A stretch of 64,000 nt of DNA, taken from the NCBI GenBank assembly GCA_002269645.1, contig NIVC01000553.1, positions 601,437 through 665,436 on the forward strand, given 5' to 3'. The position numbers and the translations under genes were made by a program. Under the pieces are notes generated by a model. It searched no databases. It worked only from the letters and a program-made list of their open reading frames with translations, and had not been told where the DNA came from. Positions 1 to 9,759 of the stretch are shown here, piece after piece. Every line of letters starts with the position of its first letter. Positions within the stretch are counted from its first letter, which is position 1. The DNA comes from Macrostomum lignano. Lineage: Eukaryota.

Positions 1-3000
1 TCGGAGCCGGAGACTCGCAGAGCGTCGTCCAAATGGACTCGGCCAGCATGGAGTCCGTGGAGACGATCGCGGGAGTGCCGCTCAGCCAGATCCCCACGGC
101 GCAGCTGTTCGCCAAGACCGCCTACTACAAGGGCACTCTGGTGGCGCTCAAGCAGCTGAATTTGCGCAACAAACGCATTGAGGTCACCAACCGCCTGCTG
201 ATGGAGGTGAAGCGAGTCAAGGACCTCGCTTCCGACAATGTCGTCCGCTTCATCGGCGCCTGCTTGGACCCGCCGAACGAGTGCCTGGTGACCGAGTACT
301 GTCCGAAAGGCTCTCTGCAGGACATCCTGGAGAATGACAATCTTAACCTGGACTGGATGTTCAAGTTGTCGCTGATGGCCGACATTTGCCGGGTAGGGGC
401 AATTTCATGTGCCAGCGGCCCAGGCTCGATTCCAAGTGCAGTCACATTAATTTGGGGCTAAATTCGAAGCTCAGCTTAGCTCTGCTCGTGCAATTAACGC
501 CCTTGAAGTGTACATGCCTAACGATAAATACAGTTAGGGCCGCTGTACACTCCTGTGTGAGTGTGTGCCTGTGCGTGTGTCTGCGCGCTTGTGTGCCTGC
601 TCACAGGAGTAGGCGGAATGGGCAGTAGTGCCTCTCGCCGGTTGTGTGATAATGCCCACAGCGCCCCTGCCTCTAACTAAATAAAACTAAAAGGGCTTTC
701 ATAAGCTCCAAAACCTCACATTGTTTGGCGCGATGTCAAGGATAGAAGGATAGAGTTGTCCTATGTGTTACTAGCTAACAATGGATCAATAAGACATCAT
801 GTTTCACCCACTAATCAGGGAATGATCTACCTGCACCACTCGTTCGGCTCGCATGGCAATCTGAAGTCGTCAAACTGCATGGTGGACTCGCGGTTCAGCT
901 TGAAGATCGCGGACTTCGGTCTTCAGTCGCTGAGGTCAAACAAGCTGGAGTACAGGGACAAAGAGGACGGGGATTACTCAACATATCGCAGTGAGTCTTT
1001 GTTACTGATTTTATAGTCTTCCAGAGCTTCTAGATTTGCAGAGTTTCAGAGACTCACTCATAAACTCATGGACTCACTCATAAACTCATGGAGTCACTCA
1101 TACAAGTAAACTCATGGACTCACTCATAAACTCATGGAGTCACTCATAAACTCATGGACTCACTCATAAACTCATGGAGTCACTCATACAAGTAAACTCA
1201 TGGACTCACTCATAAACTCATGGAGTCACTCATAAACTCATGGACTCACTCATAAACTCATGGAGTCACTCATACAAGTAAACTCATGGACTCACTCATA
1301 AACTCATGGACTCACTCATAAACTCATGGACTCACTCATAAACTCATGGACTCATAAAATCATGAGCTCATAGACTCAATTGTACAGCAAGTATGTCAGT
1401 CAGAGTTTTGAGCTTCAAGTGGTTGCTTTGTGCTACGAGTTAATGTAGTATTAAAATGCACTTTCAACGGTTGGATTTCGGAGCGACTAACTTGAGGCTT
1501 TTCTTTGATTTTCGGTCCTCAATCCAGAAACAAAGAATGAATCTAAGGGTGAATCTAAGGGTGAATTTTTAGGGTAAATCTTAGAGTGAATCTAAAGGTG
1601 AATCTAAGGGTGAATCTAAGAGTGAATCCTAAAGTAAATCTTAGAGTGAATCCCTGAGGCGCGTCGCCACTGGGGGGACAGGGGGACATGTCTGCCCAGT
1701 AAAAGCTATGGGGGGGACATGCCAGTGATTTGTCCCCCCCAGCCCACCTTGTGACTGGTTGTTTCAACCAATCCTTTTTCGTCAAGGTGCTAAAATGAGT
1801 GCCTGTGGCGCCGAAAGGAATGCCTGTGGCGCCAAAATGAGTGCCTGCGGTGCCAAAATGAGTACCTGCGGTGCCAAAATGAGTGCCTGCGGCGCCGAAA
1901 TGAGTGCCTGTGGCGCCAAAATGAGTACCTGCGGTGCCAAAATGAGTGCCTGCGGCGCCAAAATGAGTACCTGCGGCGCTAAAATGAGTGCCTAAGGCGC
2001 CAAAATGAGTGCCTGTGGCGCTAAAATGAATGCCTGTGGCGCTAAAATGAATGTCTGTGGCGCTAAAATTAGTGCCTGTAGTGCTAAAATGAGTTGCTGG
2101 GACGCCAAAACGAGTGCCTGCGGCGCCAAAATGAGTGCCTGCGGCGCTAAAATGAGTGCCTGTGGCGCTAAAATGAATGTCTGTGGCGCTAAAATTAGTG
2201 CCTGTAGTGCTAAAATGAGTTGCTGACAACACCGATTCTCAAAATAATTAACATATGGGAATTTAGTCATATGCATGTACATGTTGAATTCTTGGCTTTG
2301 TCCCCCCCCCACCATAAAATCCATGGCGACGCCCCTGAGGGAATCTAAGGGTGAATCTCACAAACTAAGGGTGAATATACGGATGAATCTAAAGCCGAAT
2401 CTCAGAGTGAATCTCAGGTTAAATCTTGTTTGAATGACTCTCAATTTGGTGGGAATCTTAGGTGTAAATTAGGGCGAACCCCAGGGCGGACTTGCGGACC
2501 AGCTCATTGTCGCGCAGATCGCTAATTAACCAAAGTTAAACTAAGACTGTTTAGCAGCAATTAAAAATCGCCTCAGCAATCGAGTCCTTGAAGTGTAAAT
2601 CGCTGGCTCAGCGCAAGAAACAATTTCTTCTTTAGCAGACTGTTTGATGTGGCGGGGACAAACACCAACTTGTGAGCTGGAACACCGACATGGGAGAGCA
2701 GCCCAAAGCCACACAGAGAAAGGGAGACTGGACCGCAGTAACGGGAAAGGGACCCGCAAGGAAAACTTCCTGTCCTAGTTGGCTCCGTCTTCCTCAATCT
2801 CCGCTATTCAGGTCCCAACCCCCGGCGTGTTCAATCAGCCGCAAAGGCAGCCAACAGTGGGGATTTTTCTGCTGCCGAAATGGGGGAGGGGTGGTTTGGG
2901 ATGAAAAGGGAAAGCTGCCACCCAGTCAGCCAAAACCCGGCTGCAGTGTGTAGTAGGGAATCTCATCTAGGTATAAGTTCCCAAAAATCGATATAGCAAG

Positions 3001-6000
3001 GTCCGGATGGATGGATGCAGGTCTGGTTGCGGTGAGGAATGAGGGGCGGATCTCTGACATGCGGAGTGAGTGAAAGAGCAAAACTCAGCGTCAATACACT
3101 TTTCCCAATGCTGATGCGTGGTCTGAGACAGCCGGCTCAATCTCATCGTTCCCTGTCTTTTTACATTTATTCTCCGGCGAAGTCCGGCCGCGTGAGTTCG
3201 GGATACTTCTGCTCCGGTGGCAGGGGGGGGGAGAATCCAGTAGGATCTATTCGAGCAAAAAATGAATGCCATAAAAAGAAACATAAGTAAATGGCCTTCT
3301 CTGTCTTCTTCTTTTAATCGTTTGGGACAGCAGACGTGCTCTCCTTCCCAGCCGAGAGGTCGTGTGTATTAAAATAGCCTTGGATTTTTTTAATGATTTT
3401 TCCCAAACTGCACTCGCAGCACCCGCCACCCAAAAACACCCTCCGAACCAAAACACCCACCACTTCAAAACACCCACCACACCAAAACACCCACTACTTC
3501 AAAACACCCACCACCCCAAAACACCCACCACCCCAAAACACCCACCACCCCAAAACACCCACCACCCCAAAACACCCACCACCCCAAAACACCCACCACC
3601 CCAAAACACCCACCACACCAAAACACCCACTACTTCAAAACACCCACTACTCCAAAACACCCACCACCCCAAAACACCCACCACCCCAAAACACCCACCA
3701 CCCCAAAACACCCACCACCCCAAAACACCCACCACTCCAAAACACCCACCACACCAAAACACCCACTACTCCAAAACACCCACTACTCCAAAACACCCAC
3801 CACCCCAAAACACCCACCACCCCAAAACACCCACCACCCCAAAACACCCACCACCATAAAACACCCACCACCCCAAAACACCCACCACCCCAAAACAACC
3901 ACCACCCCAAAACAACCACCACCCCAAACACCCACCACCCGAAACGCCTAACCCTAACCCTAACCCTAACCCTAACCCTAACTTCACAGACAAGCTGTGG
4001 ACAGCCCCGGAGCTGCTCAGACTGCCGAATCCGCCATTCGAAGGCACCAAGGAGGGCGACGTCTACAGCTTCGCCATCATCTGTCAGGAGGTGATCTATC
4101 GGAAAGGCGTGTTCTTTCTGAGCGACTCAGACTTTATCGAGCCGCAGGGTGAGTAGCGTACACTAAAAACCATGCCACCAAGATTCCCGAAAAACTCTAC
4201 CATTTAAAATCGAACGCTATCAATTATTTAAAATCCAAATGGATTAGTTTTTCCAGGAGAAAAGAGAACATTACACAACTAGAACCCCCTCTACAGACAT
4301 CGTGGAGCGAGTCCGCACGCCTCAGAACCCGCCATTCCGACCAGCCCTGGTCGAGGAGATGTCCGACCTGGAACCCGACAGGACCGCCGCGCTCACCGCC
4401 ATGGTGGAGCTCTGCTGGCACGAGGATCCCGGAGCCCGGCCAACATTCAACGCGGCGAAGAGTAGAATCAGCCGATTCAACAAGACAGCAGAGTCAGGCA
4501 ACATCCTGGACAATCTGCTCAAACGTATGGAGCAGTACTCCAACAATCTGGAAAGTTTGGTGGCTAAAAGAACTGATCAATACCAGGTGGAGAAGAAGAA
4601 GGCCGAGGACCTGCTGTACTGCATGCTGCCAAAGGCTGTGGCGACAACTCTGATGCGAGGCGAAGCTGTCACGGCTGAATGGTTCGACTCAGTCAGCATC
4701 TACTTCTCGGACATCTGCGGCTTCACGGCGCTGTCCAGCGAGAGCACCCCGCTGCAGGTAATGATTGGCAGTTGGAGTACAGCATGATGGAAGCTCAAAG
4801 TCCCAACCAGGGGCGTAGCCATTGATTTTATGGTAGGGGGGGGGGGTACAAAGCCAGGAATTCCACATGTACATGACTAAATTCCTACATGTACATTATT
4901 TTCAAAATCGGTGATGTCACCGATTTTTAGCGCTGCAGGCTTTTTTAGCGCTGCAGGCACTCATTTTAAATCCACAGACAATCATTTTGGCGCCGCAGGC
5001 ATTCATTTTAGCGCCGCAGGCATTCATTTTAGCGCCGCAGGCATTCATTTTAGCGCTGCAGGCACTCATTTTAAATCCACAGACACTCATTTTAGCGCCG
5101 CAGGCACTCATTTTAGCACCGCAGGCACTCATTTTTAGCACCGCAGGCATTCATTTTAGCGCTGCAGGCACTCATTTTAAATCCACAGACACTCATTTTG
5201 GCGCCGCAGGCATTCATTTTAGCGCCGCAGGCATTCATTTTAGCGCCGCAGGCATTCATTTTAGCGCCGCAGGCACTCATTTTAGCACCGCAGGCACTCA
5301 TTTTAGCACCGCAGGCATTCATTTTAGCGCCGCAGGCACTCATTTTAGCACCGCAGGCACTCATTTTAGCACCGCAGGCATTCATTTTAGCGCTGCAGGC
5401 ACTCATTTTAAATCCACAGACACTCATTTTGGCGCCGCAGGCATTCATTTTAGCGCCGCAGGCATTCATTTTAGCGCCGCAGGCATTCATTTTAGCGCCG
5501 CAGGCACTCATTTTAGCACCGCAGGCACTCATTTTAGCACCGCAGGCACTCATTTTAGCGCCGCAGGCATTCATTTTAGCGCCGCAGGCACTCATTTTAG
5601 CACCGCAGGCACTCATTTTAGCACCGCAGGCATTCATTTTAGCGCCGCAGGCACTCATTTTAGCACCGCAGGCATTCATTTTAGCGCCGTAGGCACTCAT
5701 TTTTGCGCCGCAGGCACTGAAGCAAAATTATTGATTTCCATAACGGGTAACAGGGTTAGGTGGGGTGTGGAGGGACAAAGCATTGGCATGTCCCCCCCCC
5801 ACAGCTTTTACTGGGAGGACATGTTCCCCTTGTCCCCCCCCCCCGGTGGCGACGTCCCTGGTCCCAATAGTTCCGCAAAGCACCCCTCAAATCCGCAGGT
5901 GGTGACTCTGCTCAACGACCTATACACCCTGTTCGACCGCATCATCGAGCAGTACAGCTGCTACAAGGTGGAGACCATCGGGGACGCCTACATGGTAGTG

Positions 6001-7176
6001 TCCGGCCTCCCCGAACGGAATGGCAACCGCCACGCAGGCGAAATCTCCCGGATGGCGCTCAGCTTCCTTAACAACATCTACAGCTTCGAGATTCGGCACA
6101 TGCCCGGAGTTCAGTTGAAATTGCGAATCGGGATCCACTCGGGTGAGTGATTTGCTCGCCGCTGTCTACTACTATCAAGTCAAGTAGTAAGCACAGGCAG
6201 TTATAGTTATTTTCTAAGGAAAAAGGCAATTTAAGTCGTTAGAAAAATTGTCAAACAAAAGTCGGGAATTCGTCTCCACCGAATTTTCGTCTATGGCGCA
6301 ACCCCATTCAGCGCTATGCGTTCTCTCTTCTGAGAAAACCGTGTCTACTGTGTCACGATATTCAAGCTCTTTTCTGTAAATAGGGCCGTGTTTTCTGAAG
6401 GCACTGAAGTAAAGCGATTCCGCCGACTACATTGAGCAGGCACACAAGCGCGCGGATACGTACACAGGCACACACTCACACAGGAGTGTACAGCGGCCCT
6501 AACTTTATATTATTGTTAGGCATGTACACTTCACTGTGCCTTGGGGGGTTGGCTCTCAAGGCCGTTAATTGCACGAGCAGAGCCAAGCCGAGATTCCAAT
6601 TAAGCACCAAATTAATGTGACTGCACTTGGAATCGAGCCTGGGTCGCTTGCACACCAGAGCCTGCGCTAGACCGCTGGGCTACGGCCCCCCTTTGCGGGC
6701 GTTAATGAAGTTATTTCCATTAAGCATGGCTATTACAGTGGCTTATACCTAATTCATCCTTCATCCAATCAAATTCTGCAGGTCCCGTATGCGCCGGCGT
6801 GGTGGGCCTAAAGATGCCGCGCTACTGCCTATTCGGCGACACGGTGAACACGGCCTCCCGGATGGAGAGCAACGGCCTGCCGTTGAAGATCCACATCAGC
6901 GCCACAACTCACGAGCTGCTCACGGATATTGGCAATTTTGTCACCACAGTGCGAGGCGAAGTCGAGATGAAGGTAAGACCTCTTCATGCAGCACAGACAA
7001 TGAAGCAAGATGCAACAAAAGTATTTTAACAGTAAATATATTGTACTTGCTGTTCAAAATCATTGCAAAATCAAAAATTTCAGGGCAAAGGCAAGCAGCT
7101 CACTTATTGGCTACACGGCGAAGGCGACAAAATCGTTGACCCACCACCGGCAGCGAACGGAGCCGCGACGCCGTGA
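1..7176 (+). CDS. Receptor-type (membrane) guanylyl cyclase, 3' part: kinase-homology domain, coiled coil and cyclase domain; 5' end lies upstream of the window
   Basis: Phase-consistent GT-AG exons: <1-392, 819-990, 3990-4148, 4297-4757, 5899-6142, 6782-6972, 7084-7176 (TGA). Pseudokinase motifs [40 protein letters not shown]. Cyclase motifs [64 protein letters not shown]. Glu in KVET and Cys in RYCLF indicate GTP specificity. The frame is open from base 3, so ATG 33 need not be the start. Confidence 0.95.
408..603 (+). mobile_element. 5'-truncated tRNA-derived SINE copy in guanylyl cyclase intron
   Basis: B-box-like GGCTCGATTCC at 423-433, followed by aagtgcagtcacattaatttg...gggccgctgtacactcctgtgtgagtgtgtg. 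Aligns by eye with the reverse complement of 6433-6660. Confidence 0.75.
1051..1360. repeat. Intronic 20-bp minisatellite (actcactcataaactcatgg)
   Basis: About 14 tandem copies with periodic caagta insertion. Confidence 0.95.
1538..2420. repeat. 12-bp minisatellite (gggtgaatctaa) interrupted by a MITE
   Basis: Repeat units at about 1538-1652 resume at about 2338-2420 on the other side of the inserted element. Confidence 0.8.
1656..2337 (-). mobile_element. Non-autonomous hAT-like element (MITE), copy 1, carrying an internal 21-bp minisatellite
   Basis: Ends gaggcgcgtcgcca...tggcgacgcccctg (imperfect 14-bp TIR). Internal gctaaaatgagtgcctgcggc array at about 1789-2224. Subterminal regions match the reverse complement of 4808-5860. 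The TSD is ambiguous because the flanks are repetitive. Confidence 0.7.
2540..3300 (+). mobile_element. Highly degraded non-LTR (L1/Tx1-like) reverse-transcriptase remnant
   Basis: Broken frames give SHLGI (YLGI-like, about 2962) and [20 protein letters not shown], resembling the RT-thumb motif CxPxxxGGLG. Similar to 24347-24440 on the minus strand. Confidence 0.3.
3420..3945. repeat. 17-bp C-rich minisatellite (aaaacacccaccacccc)
   Basis: About 30 tandem copies in the guanylyl cyclase intron; source of the PKTPTT-type spurious ORFs. Confidence 0.95.
3946..3982. repeat. Interstitial telomeric-type repeat (CCCTAA)n immediately upstream of a 3' splice site
   Basis: cgctaaccctaaccctaaccctaaccctaaccctaac then ttcacag and the exon at 3990. 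Confidence 0.85.
4808..5860 (+). mobile_element. Non-autonomous hAT-like element (MITE), copy 2, inverted relative to copy 1, with an expanded 21-bp minisatellite
   Basis: TIRs caggggcgtagcca (4808) / tggcgacgtccctg (to 5860). Flanks gtcccaac (4800-4807) and gtcccaat (5861-5868) form a 7/8 match to an 8-bp TSD, typical of hAT. Internal ttttagcgccgcaggcactca array at about 4926-5715. Confidence 0.8.
6433..6691 (-). mobile_element. tRNA-derived SINE, near full-length copy
   Basis: Minus strand begins GGGGGCCG, then A-box TAGCCCAGCGG (6682-6672) and B-box GGCTCGATTCC (6639-6629). No acceptor-stem pairing. The body matches 408-603. Confidence 0.8.
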
Positions 7177-8009
7177 ATGTTCAAAGCTTTGCAGTTTTGC
7201 CCCTGTCGCACTGTCGCACTTGAAGTCAACACGGCATCCTTAATAGAATTCCAGCTATCAGGTCTTCACCAATTTCAAGGGAAATTATCTAAAATTACTT
7301 TCGCGACTGAAGTTGACAAGTGAAGCGATTCTTCAAACCTATGATGCATTCACTCAACCATATAATAATATTTTACCTCATCAGGCTGACCACAGCATGC
7401 AGACTTCGTGGCTGGATGCCGCAGCCCCTTAAACTCTGAGGGCTTTTTTGTACGATCCAATACAATAGGAATTGTTTGTTTGAGTTTTCCCGACACAAAC
7501 TGCTACCAATATAGCTCGTATTCAAATATTTTGGCAGTTTTCCCAGATATTTTTTTCCGCAGGTGTTTATTTCTGACACATGGAAGCATATTTTTATGAC
7601 AACCAATTTTTTCTAATGCTGCTTGCTTTGATGTAAAAAAATAGTATTTTCAAGAAAATGTTTAATCCGTGCAAAAAGGTCCTTGTACACGTCTTGACCG
7701 CGTCGCATCTGATGGCACTGATTTTGAAGTGACGCGACAATGAATATAAAAAATCGTAGCCTACATGTCGTTGTTGTACTAGCAAATCAGAGTCCGCAAA
7801 TTTCGTAATGCTTTTTTGCTAGCATTCTGTTGTTTTTATTGCAACTTCTACTTGCAATGTTGGCTCTCTTGTCCTTTTTGGCTTTGTTTGTTTGAAACAA
7901 AAACTTGTTGATAAAATATATTGCTTTCAGATTAATAATAACAATTGACCTGAGCTGCACAGAGTGAGGACTTTGAGAGCCTTTTGACTATCCTAGCTGT
8001 TGCAATGTT

Positions 8010-8115
8010 GTAGCCTGGTGGTTAGAGCGTCGGACTCATGAATGAAAGGTCCGGAGTTCGATTCCCAATCCCACTGGAACAATTTGTGTCCTTGAGTAAG
8101 ACACTTAACTCTGCG
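8010..8115 (+). mobile_element. tRNA-headed SINE with CORE-like central domain (second SINE family)
   Basis: A-box TAGCCTGGTGG (8011-8021) and B-box GAGTTCGATTCC (about 8054-8065), then TGTGTCCTTGAGTAAGACACTTAAC (about 8085-8109), which resembles the CORE-SINE consensus block (CCTTGGGCAAG..ACTTAAC). Confidence 0.65.
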
Positions 8116-9759
8116 ACGAGTGTACATGTACAGCCAACTCCAGATTCAAAAAGGAGAACTACGCGCTGATAATCCGTATTTTAGACACAATACAACTCTC
8201 TCTTCCCTTCTCACTCTCTAGTGTGATAAAGCAAACTCATTAAAGGATGTTACCTGTTCTTAAAGTCCAAATAAGACAAGGATATGTCACTTGTTCCGTA
8301 AGTTCCACTTGAAAAAGGAAGTCACCTGTTCTTAAAGGTTAAATTAATTCGACAAAGATGTCCACTGCATGGTTCTAACTGTTGTGTAGTGACTGAAATA
8401 TTGATTTAGTTAAACAGTACATTTATTCGGCATAAATTGCAAACACTCACTGAGTAAAGGCGTATTACACGCGACGGTAGGGGGTGCCGCTGTACATGCC
8501 TCTGTACTGTGGCGGGGGTTGAGGTGTGGGCCGTGGGTGTTGCATGGCCCCGTCAGCCGGCTTAAAGCCCCTGCACCCGGCCTCTCTTGTCTCCACCGCC
8601 ATTTCACGATTTTTCTGTCTTTCTTAAGAACCAATAAATAAAAATTCCGTTGATTGATTCCGTTGGGATCCGATTTGACTTGTTTGGCTTCTTCGGTAGT
8701 TTTTAATTAAAGAATATTTTCTTAGCGTAATTTCCTTATAGCTCGTTATTTCTGCTGTCAGAAGAGTATTAAATAAAATTCAATATAATTTAAAGTAGGT
8801 TTTTTTACTGTACGTAGTACTTTACTTTCTTTTTTTAATAACGGTATTTTGTGGCGGTCAAGCGAAATATGTATAATAAATAACTTGGAGCTGTCCACAG
8901 CTCACTTACTCTTTTATTTTCAATTGCAACCACAATACACAACACTCAAAAAGTAATATAAAGTCAATAAGTAAGATATGAATAATAAAAATTAATTTGC
9001 AGAACTCGATAGCAAACTGGATAGTCTGACATCCTTGTGTCTTTTAATCCAGTTTCCACGTATTTATTGTCGCCAAAACAGTCTTTCAAGCTGTCAAAGC
9101 AGCCTGCTTAATAACCCGAATAAAAAAGTGCTAGAAAAAATAAAAAGAAGATTCTCAGGCGCAAGAAATTGATGAGCAAAGGGAGGAAAAACTTGATTAT
9201 TTGTTTACGAGTAGAAACTAGAAGTGTGCAGAAATTTCCCCATCTTTTATCCTAATGATTATTGTTCACAGTAATCAAATCAAATGTATTGCAGGCTACT
9301 AAATTACAAGCGTTTTCAAGTATTGATATACTAATAACAGTTAAAACCAGCTGTAGCTATAAAATCAGCTAAAAGTGCAAGCAAAAGGTAGGTAAGCCAA
9401 GCCAGAATGCATTGTTAAAATGGTGAATCAATTCGAGGCCGTATTTTCCTACCCCTCCTTGTACACTCTGGATGTACAATCGACAGGCGGAGGAAGAGGG
9501 GAGGAAGAGACGCCAGCCAATCAGAAGTGCTAGAGTCAGTTTAACACCAAATAAAGTTCTAAATTCTCTACAAAAAGGAAGTATTCAGTTTTCAGAAACC
9601 GGCTAGCCAACAAAGTCCCGGAGAAATTACAGCTGTTCCTGTCTCTGTAGTGTATTTTTATGCCTCCCCAGCGGGGGGTGGAGATTGCTAGTCCAATATA
9701 CTAAAACTTATCTCGCCAATGCATTTTGCAGCGATTTTCCAGTGCAGCGCCATTCTGCT

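Noticed and set aside
33-35. ATG 33 as the start of the guanylyl cyclase
   Set aside because: The frame is open to the window edge, and receptor cyclases have extracellular and transmembrane domains upstream. A soluble kinase-cyclase cannot be claimed.
1555-5700. MSACGAK / AAGTHF / PQALIL and PKTPTT repeat ORFs
   Set aside because: Intronic minisatellites. Only the 5899-6142 end of ORF 4987-6150 is a true exon.
8010-8080. tRNA gene (also 6620-6691, minus strand)
   Set aside because: A and B boxes are present, but the acceptor stems do not pair and both continue into SINE-like bodies.
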